From contig JBKBRF010000019.1 of assembly GCA_046292385.1 (NCBI GenBank), positions 53,249-117,248 on the forward strand: a DNA stretch of 64,000 bases, in the 5' to 3' direction. The notes below the pieces were generated by a model. The model was not told the origin of the DNA. It ran no database searches and saw only the letters and a list, made by a program, of their open reading frames with translations. Positions 47,727 to 57,863 of the stretch are shown here, one piece after another. The stretch comes from Armatimonadota bacterium (GTDB taxonomy: Bacteria > Armatimonadota > SYMT01). The position numbers and the translations under genes were made by a program. Within the stretch, counting starts at the first letter, position 1, and every line of letters starts with the position of its first letter.

Positions 47727-48770
47727 ATGGACGAGATCATTGAAATCGACGGCAGCTTCGGGGAGGGCGGGGGGCAGATCATCCGCACCAGCCTGTCGCT
47801 CGCGGCGCTCACCGGACGCGGGCTGCTGGTGACGAACGTGCGCGCGCGCCGCTCCCGGCCCGGGCTCCAGCCGCAGCACCTGGCGGCGGTTCGCGCCGCG
47901 GCGGAGCTGTGCGACGCGCGGCTCGACGGCGCGTTCGCCGGTTCGAAAAGCTTCTCGTTCCTGCCCCAGCGAGGGGTGCAGGCCTCCAGCTATCGCTTCG
48001 AGATCGGCACCGCGGGCGCCGCCAACCTGGTGCTCCAGACGGTGCTGATATCGCTCTCCCGGCAGAAGGCCGCGTCCGAAGTGGTGGTGGTCGGCGGCAC
48101 GCACGTCCCGCACTCGCCCTCGGCGGAGTACGTGGAGCAGGTCTATCTCCCCGCGCTGCGGCTGGCGGGCCTGGAGAGCCGCTACAGCTACCCTCGGGCT
48201 GGCTTCTTTCCCAAGGGCGGGGGGCAGCTCCACGCCAGCGTCGAGCCCTCCCGCTCCCTAGCGCCGCTGCGGCTGGTCGAGCGCGGCAAGCTGGTGTCGC
48301 TCACCGCCTACGTCGTCACGGCGGAGCTGCCCGACCACGTCGCGGAGCGCGGCGTGGCGGCAGTGACGCGCTGGGCGCGCGGGGTGGGGCGGACGCTGCG
48401 GACGGAGGTCCGCCGCCTGCCTTCCCTCGGCGCCGGGGCCGCGGTGGTGCTGATCGCGGAGTGCGAGGAGGGACTCGCCGGCTTCAGCGCCGTCGGCGAG
48501 CGTGGGAAGCCGATGGAGCGAGTCGCCCAGGAGCCGTGCGACGCCTTCATGGAGTGGTGGAAGACCGGCGCCGCCTGCGACGACCACCTGGCCGACCAGC
48601 TCGTCCTGCCGATGGCGTTCGCGGCCGGCGAGAGCCAGTGGACCACCCCGGTAGTGACGGAGCATCTGCGCACCGTCCTCGCCGTCACGCAGAAGTTCCT
48701 ACCGATCGAGTACCGCCTGGACGAGCCGACGGATGGCCCCGCGGTGGTGACGCTGCGGGGGGTGGGTTAG
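47727..48770 (+). CDS. rtcA: RNA 3'-terminal phosphate cyclase
   Basis: IDGSFGEGGGQIIR, RPGLQPQH, GGTHV, GFFPKGGG, DDHLADQL, TEHLRT. Confidence 0.95.
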   Translation: MDEIIEIDGSFGEGGGQIIRTSLSLAALTGRGLLVTNVRARRSRPGLQPQHLAAVRAAAELCDARLDGAFAGSKSFSFLPQRGVQASSYRFEIGTAGAANLVLQTVLISLSRQKAASEVVVVGGTHVPHSPSAEYVEQVYLPALRLAGLESRYSYPRAGFFPKGGGQLHASVEPSRSLAPLRLVERGKLVSLTAYVVTAELPDHVAERGVAAVTRWARGVGRTLRTEVRRLPSLGAGAAVVLIAECEEGLAGFSAVGERGKPMERVAQEPCDAFMEWWKTGAACDDHLADQLVLPMAFAAGESQWTTPVVTEHLRTVLAVTQKFLPIEYRLDEPTDGPAVVTLRGVG

Positions 48771-48978
48771 TCTGCCCCCCAAGGGGCAAGGCGCATTAGT
48801 GTTGCATTCGGCAAGTCATCGCCGCTATCCGGAAGCAGGAATCAGCTCGCTCGGCCCTTCCTGCGGGGTGAAGTCGCGTCCGTCCAGCCGCCTGGGCTCG
48901 ACGGACGCGCATGCGAGCACGGGATCGCGCGCCCGGTTGGGATCAGCAGATCCTCTCACCACCTACCGGCTACACCAT

Positions 48979-49398
48979 TTAGCGTCGAAGCTCGATCGCG
49001 TCGCGGAGGGCCTGCGGCTCGTCGGTGCCGATGCGATAGACCTTACCGTTCTTCATGTCGAGCTGGACGGCGTCGAGGCCGGAGACGTTGAAGAGCCAGC
49101 CATTCCCGATCCAGCGGATGCCCCAGCCGGCGATCCACGGGTTCCGCACCGTCTCGCACGCCTGGATCTCGGAGAGCGGGAAGTGGAACTGGATGAAGCC
49201 GGGTCCGTAGGCGACGTGGACGTACTTATCGTCGACGATCACCGTCAGCGAGGCGAAGAGGACGCCAATCGCTCCCAGAAGCAGGTAAGCGGGCCAGAGC
49301 ACCGCCGCGGAGCCGCCGGAGGCCAGCATCATCAGGATCGCCGCTCCCACGGTGAGGAGGATTACCCAGCCGGGCTGGGTGTGCCGGTAGTGAGTCAT
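48979..49398 (-). CDS. Small membrane protein with bacterial PH-like domain
   Basis: Two TMs then GWGIRW...YRIGTDEP motif. Confidence 0.75.
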   Translation of the reverse strand: MTHYRHTQPGWVILLTVGAAILMMLASGGSAAVLWPAYLLLGAIGVLFASLTVIVDDKYVHVAYGPGFIQFHFPLSEIQACETVRNPWIAGWGIRWIGNGWLFNVSGLDAVQLDMKNGKVYRIGTDEPQALRDAIELRR

Positions 49399-49515
49399 CT
49401 CGCAACCCCGCTCTCTCTCGTAAGAAGATCTGGGCGAAACCAGGGGCAGCAGCGGTGGTCGGTCTTCCGGTACGGACGCCGGGCCCTGAAGGACCCGGCT
49501 GCCTCATGAGAAAGC

Positions 49516-49573
49516 ACGCTGAAGCGCGCTCTACCTACGAGCACCCCGGCGTGAGCGCAGGGCGCTTCAGCGT
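49516..49573. repeat. 58-nt hairpin element, copy 1
   Basis: 46/58 identical to 56315-56372; followed by (CTCCGTCC/CTCTGTCC)n tract at ~49628-49662. Confidence 0.8.
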
Positions 49574-49723
49574 CCTTCCCCAGCAGACAGGGTGCTCCTT
49601 CAGGGGCACCCGCGCGTGTGGCAGCGCTCTCCGTCCCTCTGTCCCTCTGTCTCTCCGTCTCCGACAGTCGCCCACTCAGTTCCATTTAACGGGAGACAGC
49701 TCGGGCACGGTGCGATAGTGCCG

Positions 49724-50638
49724 TTACACGATCCAGTTTCGGAGGTAGCGGCCGGACTGGACCAGGGAGCGCTTGCGGTCGTCCAGCGAGCCCTCGTAGG
49801 CGCGGTCTTCCACCTCGATGCAGACCGGGCCGCGGTAGCCGACGTCGGTGAGCGCGGCGAAGAAGGCGGACCAGTCGACGTCGCCCATGCCGGGGAGCTT
49901 GGGGGTATGGAACGCCAGTGGGTAGGCGAGGATGCCGGCCTGGTTCAGCCGGTCGCGGTGCACCCGCACGTCCTTGGCATGGACGTGGAAGATCCGGTCG
50001 GCGAAGTCGCGGATCGGCTGGATCTCGTCCATCTGCTGCCACACCAGGTGCGACGGGTCATAGTTGAGGCCGAAGTGGTCGCTCGGGATTGCCTCGAACA
50101 TCCGGCGCCAGATCGCGGGGCTCTGCGCCAGGTTCTTACCGCCCGGCCACTCATCCCGGCTGAAGAGCATCGGGCAGTTCTCGATGCCGATCCGCACCCC
50201 GTGGTCCTCCGCGAACCGGATCAGCGGCTGCCACACCTCCAGGAAGCGGGGCCAGTTCTCGTCGACCGACTTCACCGGATCCCGCCCGATGAAGGTGTTC
50301 ACCCGGTCGAGCCCCAGCAGCTCCGCCGCCACGATGATCTTCCGGAGGTGCTCGATATAGACCGCCGCCTCGTCGTGGTCCGCCGTCAGCGGGTTCGGGT
50401 AGTAGCCCAGGCCGCTGATCGAGACCCCCGCGGAGACCATCAGGTCGTTCACGCGGGCGGCGTCGGCCGCGGTGAAGCCGGTGACGTCCAGGTGGGTCAC
50501 CCCCGCGTAGCGCCGCTCCGCCTTTCCGGGCGGCCAGCACATCACCTCCACGCAGTCGAACCCCTGCTCCGCGGCGAACGCCGCCACCCCTTCCAGCGAC
50601 AGGTCGGGCAAGATCGCGCTTACGAACCCCAGCTTCAT
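49724..50638 (-). CDS. Sugar phosphate isomerase/epimerase (xylose-isomerase-like TIM barrel)
   Basis: [10 protein letters not shown] start; [30 protein letters not shown]. Confidence 0.9.
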   Translation of the reverse strand: MKLGFVSAILPDLSLEGVAAFAAEQGFDCVEVMCWPPGKAERRYAGVTHLDVTGFTAADAARVNDLMVSAGVSISGLGYYPNPLTADHDEAAVYIEHLRKIIVAAELLGLDRVNTFIGRDPVKSVDENWPRFLEVWQPLIRFAEDHGVRIGIENCPMLFSRDEWPGGKNLAQSPAIWRRMFEAIPSDHFGLNYDPSHLVWQQMDEIQPIRDFADRIFHVHAKDVRVHRDRLNQAGILAYPLAFHTPKLPGMGDVDWSAFFAALTDVGYRGPVCIEVEDRAYEGSLDDRKRSLVQSGRYLRNWIV

Positions 50639-50782
50639 CGTCTCTCTCCCGTAGAACGGACCGGCCCTCCCTCGTTCGGCCGGCTGCCGTCGCAATCCTG
50701 TCGTGGAGCGGCTGCTGCGAGCGCGCGGCGAAGGTGCGCCGCTGCTCCTATTCCGCAAGGCTTGTTTTCTCTAGAAATGACC

Positions 50783-50820
50783 GTAAGAGTAGGAGTGGGA
50801 GAACGAGTAGGAGTAGGAGT
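50783..50820. repeat. (GAGTAG)n hexamer tract, second copy
   Basis: gtaagagtaggagtgggagaacgagtaggagtaggagt, nearly identical to 6401-6432. Confidence 0.75.
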
Positions 50821-50901
50821 CCGAGGCGGTGAAAGGGAACCTCCCTTACACCTTCTGTCTTGCGACGACGGCACCTGCTGCCGGCCTCGCGTGGAGCCCC
50901 G

Positions 50902-51771
50902 ATGTCGCTGTTGAACGCCTCTCTGCCCGCCGGCCCTCGCGCGCTTGCCGCCGCGCTCTGCGGCGCGGCGCTGCTGCTCGGCCCGCCGCTCTCCGCCGCC
51001 GGGGAGCGCTTCCAGTACAAGCTCCGGCCGGGCCAGGTGCTGGAGTACCGCACCCATGTCGCCGGCGCCGGGATTATGGGTCAGCCCGGCGGCGAGATGA
51101 TGAAGATGCAGATGCGGACCGCCCAGCGGGTGGTGCAGCGGGTCCGCTCCGTCTCCGGCGGTGCGATCACGCTGGAAGTGGCGGAGACCCCGATCTCCGG
51201 CAAGATGACCGCTTTCGGGCAGACGCAGGAGTACAAGCCGACGGCCACGCGCACCGTCTATCGCCTCGATACTCGTGGAAAGGTGCTGTCCCGGAAGTCC
51301 TCGGCGCCGGCGGGAGAGGGGGGCGGTCTCACCGAGATGGGCGGGCTGGACGCGATGTGGGGCGTGCAGTTCCCCAACCGGGAGCTGAAGCCGGGGGACT
51401 CCTGGGAAGACCGGATCGGCGCTCCGGACGATCCGGAGAACCCGCCGGTGAAGGTGACGACCCGCTTTGTGGGGCGCGAGAAAGTGCGGGGGCGGAACTG
51501 CGCCAAGTTTACCAGCGTCTTTTCCATGCCGATGGGCGGCGGCGAAGAGGCGGAGGAGCTGGAGGGGCCGACGAGCACCGGCTCGGTCTCCGGCACGCTC
51601 ACCACCTATTTCGATCCGGCCGCCGGTTACGAGGTTTACAGCAGCGGGTCGATCGTGATCCGCATGAAGGCCGATCTCAGCAGCGTCTCCCCGGACGCCG
51701 GGGAGCTGGCCAACGTGACCAAGCTCAACTACGTGACGAGTCTCGTCCCGGGCACCCCGAGCCGGAAGTAA
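50902..51771 (+). CDS. Secreted beta-rich hypothetical protein
   Basis: Signal peptide; YKLRPGQVLEY, FPNRELKPGDSW, TYFDPAAG motifs; clean high-GC codon usage. Confidence 0.7.
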   Translation: MSLLNASLPAGPRALAAALCGAALLLGPPLSAAGERFQYKLRPGQVLEYRTHVAGAGIMGQPGGEMMKMQMRTAQRVVQRVRSVSGGAITLEVAETPISGKMTAFGQTQEYKPTATRTVYRLDTRGKVLSRKSSAPAGEGGGLTEMGGLDAMWGVQFPNRELKPGDSWEDRIGAPDDPENPPVKVTTRFVGREKVRGRNCAKFTSVFSMPMGGGEEAEELEGPTSTGSVSGTLTTYFDPAAGYEVYSSGSIVIRMKADLSSVSPDAGELANVTKLNYVTSLVPGTPSRK

Positions 51772-51877
51772 CCGCCGGGTTCGGTGCCCGTTTCCAGTTT
51801 CGCGGCGGCGCGCCATCCCCCGCGCCGCCGCACCTTCCTTGTAGAGTCGAGCCGCTCCGGGAGCGGTCGGAGGCAGT

Positions 51878-54800
51878 ATGAAAGCGAGTCGAGGCTGGGG
51901 AGCGGCGCTGCTGCTCGCGCTGGCGCTGATGCCGTGGATGGTGGTCGGCGCGCGGGCGGAGCAGGGCAGCGCCGGGGCGGAGCCCCTGATTTCTCCGGAG
52001 GAGATGCTGGCGGTCGATCAGGTCCGCCCCGGCATGAAGGGCTACGGCCGGAGCGTCTTCGCGGGGACGAAGATCGAAAACTTCAACGTCACCGTGTTGG
52101 GCGTGCTGAAGAAGATCGACTTCGGCGGCGACCTGATCCTGATCCGGATCGACGACGGCTATCCGGTCACCTCCGGCTCCGGCGTGAGCCAGGGGATGAG
52201 CGGCAGCCCGATCTACGTAGAGGGGAAGCTGCTGGGGGCGCTCGCCTTCGCCTGGCCGTTCGCCAAGGACCCGGTGGCCGGCGTCACGCCGATCTCCCAG
52301 ATGCTGGAGAACTACCGGCCCGGCTCCGCACCCGCCGCGCCGGTGCGCGCCGCCTCCGGCGACCTCCGGCCGGAAGGCGGGCCGCTGCAGCTCGATGGGC
52401 AGCTCTTCGCCAAAGCGACCGTGGTGCCGGACGAGGCGCAGGCGGTCCGCGGCCCCGGCACGCTCTACCTGGCGCCGGTGGCGACCCCGGTGATGATCGC
52501 CGGCATGGGACGCCCGGGCCAGGAAGAGCTGAAGCGCCGCTTCGGACGCTACTCCGTGATGGTGGCGCCGGGGCCGGGTAAGACGGAGCTTCCCCCGGGC
52601 GAGCGCCCGAAGATCGAGCCCGGCTCCGCGGTCGGCGTGCAGCTCCTCGGCGGCGACATCGACGCGACCGCCATCGGCACCGTCACCTACGTGAAGGGCA
52701 ACCACGTGGTGGCGTTCGGTCACCCGATGTTCGGTCTCGGCACGATCGACATGCCGATGACCACCGCCTACATCCACGGCATCATCTCCTCGCAGGAAGT
52801 CTCCTTCAAGATGGGCTCCCCGGTGGAGACCGTCGGCAAGGTGTCGCAGGACCGCAACTGGAGCATCGGCGGCGCGCTGGGCGACCCCTCGCGGGTGGTG
52901 CGGGCGGAATTCGCGGTGAACGACACGGACCGGAAGGTGCACCGCGACTACAAGGTCGAGGCGGCGGTCCACCGGGACCTGACCCCGTCGCTGCTCTACA
53001 GCTCGCTCATGAGCGCCGTCGGCAGCGTCTCCCCGCCCGATTCCGGCACCACGCGCGGCGTGGTGGAGGTCTGGCCGAAGGGGATGCCGGTGATCCGGCG
53101 GGAGAACATCTTCGCCACGGGCGAGCGGCGCTCCCAGCTCGAGCAGCTGTTCGGCGACCCGTTCGCCGGCATGCCGCTGGTCGAGCTGCTCCAGATCCTC
53201 GACACGCTGGAGAACAACCCGTTCGGCACGGTGCCGGTCGAGCGGATCCGGGTGGCGGTCGACGTCTCCGAGACCCGCAAGACGGCGGTGATCGAGCGCG
53301 CCTACGCGGACCGCAAGAGCGTGAAGCCGGGTGAAAAGGTGAAGCTCGGCGTGGTGATCCGCACCAGCACCGGCGAGCGGGAGACGAAGGAATACGAGGT
53401 GGAGATTCCGCGGAACATCCCGGGCGGCCGCCTCGCCTTCGGCGTCTCCGGCGGCAGCTCCGCGGAGACCGTCCGCCGCTACCTTCAGGTGACGCGCCCC
53501 CCGGCGAAGACGCTGGCGCAGCTCCTGGCGCAGATCCAGGAGCGGGAGCAGAACAACCAGCTCACGCTGGAGATGGCGCAGCCGGTGGTCGGCGTCGCCG
53601 TCGCCGGGCGCGAGTTCCCGAACCTGCCGAACCTGGTGGTGGAGGTGCTCACCGGCGCCAACCCCTCCGGGATCCGGATGGTGCGCAGCCACGCCCGGCA
53701 GACGCACCCGATGCCGTGGGTGCTCAGCGGCGGCCAGCTCCTCTCGCTGGAGGTGGAGTCGGATGAGAAGGACAAGTCCGGCCCGCCGCTCAACCCGGCG
53801 CTCGGCGGGATGGGGGGCCTCGGCTCGCTGATGGATCTCTTCCGCTTCGGCCTCGGCGGCGACGGCGAGCTGGGCGGTGACGAGGGACTCTTCGGCACGG
53901 AGGGCGACCTCTTCGGGGAGACGGCGTTCAGCGTCCGGCCGCATCCGCCGGCGAACCACCCGCTCGCCCGGCGGCTGGCGAAGGACCTGCCGACCGAGCC
54001 GAAGCTGCCGACCTTCGAGGAGCTGGAGGAGCTGCTGGACGAGGACGGCACCGGCTCCGACCCGATCAGCTCCGAGGGCGGGGAGGCGACGTCGGTCCGC
54101 AAGGGCCTGACGCGCGCGCCGGGGGTCTGGCGCCTCGACGCGCAGAAGGAGCTGCAGGCCGGCAAGCTGGACGGCGTGCTGATCTCCAGCCGCGGCGAGC
54201 TGGCGCTGGCACCTCGCGCCGATACCCTGCTGCAGTCGCCCGACCGCTTCTTCTGGGCGACCGCGTCGGACCGCCAGGGCCGCGTCTTCGTCGGCGGCTG
54301 GCTCGAAGGCGCCGTGCAGCGGATCGATCCGGACGGCAAGGTCTCCGAGCACTTCCAGGGCCAGGGGGAGGTGGCGATCTCCGCGCTGACCTGCGGTGAG
54401 GACGGCACCCTCTACGCGGCGGCGGAGCCGAGCGGCACGATCTACAAGATCTCGCCGGACGGCAAGGGCTCCCCGCTCTGCCGCCTGGAGGGCCAGCGGG
54501 TCTGGGCGCTCCGGAAGACGAAAGAGGGCCTCTTCGCCGGCACCGGCAGCGAAGGACGGCTCTACCGGATCGACGACTCCGGCGCCGCGACGGTGCTCTT
54601 TACCGCGCCGGATCGCCATGTCTTCGCCCTGGCGGACGACGGTAAGGGCGCCCTCTACGCCGGCACCTATCCGCGCGGCAAGGTCTTCCGCGTGACCGGC
54701 GACCGCGTGGAGCCGCTCTACGAGCTGTCCAACTCGACGGTGAGCTCCCTCGCCTGCGACGCGAGCGGCAGCCTCTACATCGGCACCTCGCCCCGCGCGA

Positions 54801-56296
54801 CGGTGGTGAAGCTCGACCGGAGCGGCGATGCGAGCGTGCTGTTCCAGTCGCGCGAGCGGCACGTCCACTCGATGCTGGTGGATGAGCAGGGGAACGTCTT
54901 CGCCGCCGTCGGCCGCCCCGCGCGCGTCTACCGCATCGCGCCGGATAAGACGGTGAGCACCGTGTGGGATCCGCAGTCGGCCTACGTCCTCTCGCTCTCG
55001 CGGGACGGCGCGGGCAACTTCTACGCCACCACCGCGGGCCCCACCCAGGTGGTGCGGCTCAGCGCCGCTCCCTCGCCGAGCGGCACCTACACCTCGCCGG
55101 TGCTCAACGCGAAGAACCTGGCGCGGTGGGGGGTGGTGCGGTGGATCGGCTCCGGCGAAGGCGTGCAGGTGCAGACCCGCAGCGGTAATACCGCCTATCC
55201 GGACTCGACCTGGAGCGACTGGTCCGCGCCGATCACCACGCCGGCCGGGCAGCCGGTCGCCTCCCCGGGCGGCCAGTACCTCCAGTACCGCGTGCGCCTG
55301 AGCGGGAACGGCGGGACCGGCAGCCCCTCGGTCCGCAGCCTGGAGCTCTTCTACCGCACGCGCAACCGCGCGCCGGAGATCACGGTTCGCGGCCCGTCGG
55401 CCGGGGAGACGCTCTCCGGCACGCGGCCGATCCGCTGGACCGGGAAGGATCCGGACGGCGACCGCCTCTCCTACGACATCTACTACGCGCCCGAGGGCAG
55501 CGAGGAGTGGGTGAAGATCGGCACCCGCTCTCCCAAGGGCGGGGAGGAGGAGATCGGCGATCTCGGCGAGCCGGATGCCGCACCGGAAGTCCCCGGCGCC
55601 TCCGCCCGCGCGGTGCCGTCGCAGCGGCCGGGTCGCCAGGCGGCAGTGGCCGGGAAGAAGCCGCCCGCCGCCTCCCGGCGGGTCCCCGCGGCAGCCAAGC
55701 CGCGGCCGGTGCAGTTCGGCGGCCCGCAAGAGGGGCTCGCGCTCTCCGACGACGACGAGGCCTCGATCATCGGGCTCGGAGGCGAGGAGGGCGGCGGAGC
55801 CGGACTCGGCGTCAGCGCGGGGGGCGGCGGCAGCGCGGCCTCGATCAACTGGGACACGCGGAAGGTGAAGGATGGCCGCTATCGCCTGCGGATCGTCGCC
55901 TCGGACGCCTTCACCAGCCCGGACGAGCCGACCACCGGCGAGGCCGTCTCCGAGGTGATCCAGGTCGACAACACCGGCCCCCGCATCCTCGCGCAGACCG
56001 CCAAGCGCGTGGGCCCCGCGCCTCCGGAAGAGGTGCTGGTGCGGGACGCCGGCACCTACGTCGCCTCGGCGGAATACCGGGTCGACGGGGGTGAGTGGAT
56101 CCCCGCGGCGGCCGCGGACGGCATCTTCGACTCCGCCGAAGAGACGATCCGGATCGACCGCAAGCGGCTGCCTCCGGGCCGGCACACGCTGGAGATCCGC
56201 ACGCGCGACGCCGCCGGAAACGAGGCGGTGGAGAAGCTCACCTACGTGCTGACGGCAGCACCCAAGGCGCCGGCGGGAGCCGCACCGAAGCCGTAA
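51878..56296 (+). CDS. SpoIVB-like S55 serine peptidase fused to C-terminal beta-propeller and Ig/FN3-like domains
   Basis: Signal peptide; QGMSGSPIY, GTVT...AFGHP; repeated D..G.lY.gT...G.vY blades; YLQYR; beta-sandwich-like C-terminus. Confidence 0.85.
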   Translation: MKASRGWGAALLLALALMPWMVVGARAEQGSAGAEPLISPEEMLAVDQVRPGMKGYGRSVFAGTKIENFNVTVLGVLKKIDFGGDLILIRIDDGYPVTSGSGVSQGMSGSPIYVEGKLLGALAFAWPFAKDPVAGVTPISQMLENYRPGSAPAAPVRAASGDLRPEGGPLQLDGQLFAKATVVPDEAQAVRGPGTLYLAPVATPVMIAGMGRPGQEELKRRFGRYSVMVAPGPGKTELPPGERPKIEPGSAVGVQLLGGDIDATAIGTVTYVKGNHVVAFGHPMFGLGTIDMPMTTAYIHGIISSQEVSFKMGSPVETVGKVSQDRNWSIGGALGDPSRVVRAEFAVNDTDRKVHRDYKVEAAVHRDLTPSLLYSSLMSAVGSVSPPDSGTTRGVVEVWPKGMPVIRRENIFATGERRSQLEQLFGDPFAGMPLVELLQILDTLENNPFGTVPVERIRVAVDVSETRKTAVIERAYADRKSVKPGEKVKLGVVIRTSTGERETKEYEVEIPRNIPGGRLAFGVSGGSSAETVRRYLQVTRPPAKTLAQLLAQIQEREQNNQLTLEMAQPVVGVAVAGREFPNLPNLVVEVLTGANPSGIRMVRSHARQTHPMPWVLSGGQLLSLEVESDEKDKSGPPLNPALGGMGGLGSLMDLFRFGLGGDGELGGDEGLFGTEGDLFGETAFSVRPHPPANHPLARRLAKDLPTEPKLPTFEELEELLDEDGTGSDPISSEGGEATSVRKGLTRAPGVWRLDAQKELQAGKLDGVLISSRGELALAPRADTLLQSPDRFFWATASDRQGRVFVGGWLEGAVQRIDPDGKVSEHFQGQGEVAISALTCGEDGTLYAAAEPSGTIYKISPDGKGSPLCRLEGQRVWALRKTKEGLFAGTGSEGRLYRIDDSGAATVLFTAPDRHVFALADDGKGALYAGTYPRGKVFRVTGDRVEPLYELSNSTVSSLACDASGSLYIGTSPRATVVKLDRSGDASVLFQSRERHVHSMLVDEQGNVFAAVGRPARVYRIAPDKTVSTVWDPQSAYVLSLSRDGAGNFYATTAGPTQVVRLSAAPSPSGTYTSPVLNAKNLARWGVVRWIGSGEGVQVQTRSGNTAYPDSTWSDWSAPITTPAGQPVASPGGQYLQYRVRLSGNGGTGSPSVRSLELFYRTRNRAPEITVRGPSAGETLSGTRPIRWTGKDPDGDRLSYDIYYAPEGSEEWVKIGTRSPKGGEEEIGDLGEPDAAPEVPGASARAVPSQRPGRQAAVAGKKPPAASRRVPAAAKPRPVQFGGPQEGLALSDDDEASIIGLGGEEGGGAGLGVSAGGGGSAASINWDTRKVKDGRYRLRIVASDAFTSPDEPTTGEAVSEVIQVDNTGPRILAQTAKRVGPAPPEEVLVRDAGTYVASAEYRVDGGEWIPAAAADGIFDSAEETIRIDRKRLPPGRHTLEIRTRDAAGNEAVEKLTYVLTAAPKAPAGAAPKP

Positions 56297-56314
56297 CGAG
56301 CGAGGTCCGCAAGA

Positions 56315-56372
56315 ACGCGGAAGCGCCCTGTACTTACGAGAACCATCCCGTGAGTACAGGGCGCTTCCGCGT
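56315..56372. repeat. 58-nt hairpin element, copy 2
   Basis: 24-bp stem acgcggaagcgccctgtacttacg / cgtgagtacagggcgcttccgcgt (one G-U), 18 nt after stop. Confidence 0.85.
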
Positions 56373-56390
56373 CGTTACTAAAGAAGGGCC

Positions 56391-56765
56391 GCGAGGCGTT
56401 GAAATACCTGGCTAGGAGTAGGCGAAAAGTACTGCCGGAGTCGCGTCCCGAAGGTTTTCGGGGCTCAGACCTGCCGCCCCTCCAGGGCGCCGCCGCACCC
56501 CAAGATGGATCGCCGGCAGTTGACTGCCGGCGGAGCCAACCCGCGGAGTTCACTCCGCACCGCCTCGGCTTCCGAACACGCAGAGTTCTCTCGCCCCTCC
56601 AGGGCGGGAACGTGGTGGCGGCTCCGAGTCCGGGGGCTGCGCTGCGCTGACCCCCGGCTATCCTCTCGCGCCCCTCCGGGGCGCCAGCCCCGCCGCGCTC
56701 CGTCCTTCTGTCTCTCCGTCCCTCTGTCTCTCCGTCCCTCCGTCCCGGAAAGTCTCTCCGTCCCC
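56391..56765. repeat. Cluster of REP-like palindromes and octamer tract
   Basis: gcccctccagggcg twice, ccgggggctgcgctgcgctgacccccggcta, cgcccctccggggcg, (CTCCGTCC/CTCTGTCT)n. Confidence 0.7.
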
Positions 56766-56778
56766 GAAGGTCCCGCGG

Positions 56779-57282
56779 CTACGCGGCCCTGGCCTCCCGC
56801 TCGGCCGGCGCGACGTCGTCGGACACGATGATCGCGTCCTTACCGAAGGTCCGTACCGCGGCGTGCGGGAAAGTGAACTCCTTCGCGCCCAGGGAGCCGA
56901 GCCAGCCGTCGGTGGCGGCGCGGTACTGCGCGATCTGGCCGGTCTCCTCGTTGAAGTCGTAGCTCGTGACGCGGCCCAGCTTCTTGCCGCTCTCGGAGAT
57001 GAGCGGCCGATCGCCCACGTACCGGCTGAGCCGGGTCTGCTCCGTCTCCGGGACGCGGTCCATCGCCTGGTTGGCCGAGACGATGGTGACCACATCCGCG
57101 CCCACCGTCCGCACCGCCTCCCACGGCACTACGCCCGGCGGGCGGCCGTGGGCCCCGCTGAAGCTCAGGTACCGGATGATGCCGGCGCTGTCCTCCAGCT
57201 CCACCCCGTTGATGCGGCCGAGCTCCATGCCTTCCTCGACCGTCACCAGCGTCATCCCGTGTAACTCTTCGATCCGCCGCAA
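56779..57282 (-). CDS. PRC-barrel domain protein (two barrels)
   Basis: AAGGAGG RBS + TTG; G..v.t.eG..lG.v twice; VRTVGADVV / VRTFGKDAII. Confidence 0.85.
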   Translation of the reverse strand: MRRIEELHGMTLVTVEEGMELGRINGVELEDSAGIIRYLSFSGAHGRPPGVVPWEAVRTVGADVVTIVSANQAMDRVPETEQTRLSRYVGDRPLISESGKKLGRVTSYDFNEETGQIAQYRAATDGWLGSLGAKEFTFPHAAVRTFGKDAIIVSDDVAPAEREARAA

Positions 57283-57427
57283 CTCGCCCTCCTTACTCCA
57301 TCTCCCGTCTCCGGTTCGCCGGCAGACGTGTCCCTATCCACCCTCTACCCGCGCCGGGTGGGAGACAGTCGTCCGGCGCGGGAGCGATTCCCGCGCCGGC
57401 TTGGAGTGGAGCGGCCGCCGGTGCGGA

Positions 57428-57703
57428 CTACAGGGTGGCGGCTTCTACCTCGTAGTCGGCCCGGAGCTCGTGAACGTAGCCATCCGCCTCCGGCAGCCAC
57501 TGCTCCTCCAGGTTCCGCAGGCGAAGCTCTCCCGCACTCTCCCGCAGGGCGCGGACGATCGCCTCGCCGAAGCTGCGCTCCGTCTGTGCCGCCTGGTAGG
57601 CGCGCGCGGCGGGGCTGTCGGCGACGTCGGAATGGCTCTTGGTGCGGGCGGTGAGCTGCTGCTTGCCCCCGTTCTTCTGGGGCTGCTTGACGATGTCGGA
57701 CAT
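57428..57703 (-). CDS. Small hypothetical protein
   Basis: AGGAGGAG RBS, ATG, typical codon usage. Confidence 0.6.
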   Translation of the reverse strand: MSDIVKQPQKNGGKQQLTARTKSHSDVADSPAARAYQAAQTERSFGEAIVRALRESAGELRLRNLEEQWLPEADGYVHELRADYEVEAATL

Positions 57704-57863
57704 GTCCTGGCTCCTCCTACCGGGCTGCGCCGGATCAACTGTTCCGGGTTGTATATATGACCACGAACGGCGCTCTCCACACCGGATCCGGGCCCGCTGC
57801 CGAAGCTGAGCAGGGCTCCGGGCGTCTCGCGCGGAAGCGAGAAGGCAGAAGGATCACCCGACC

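Noticed and set aside
51725..56185. 1486-aa antisense ORF (likewise 18575-20635, 28969-31245, 3703-5511, 7379-9292)
   Set aside because: Shadow ORFs opposite well-supported genes; expected from high GC3 codon bias, and they have no motifs
56315..56765. Repeat cluster as a CRISPR array
   Set aside because: No regularly spaced identical repeats with unique spacers and no cas genes
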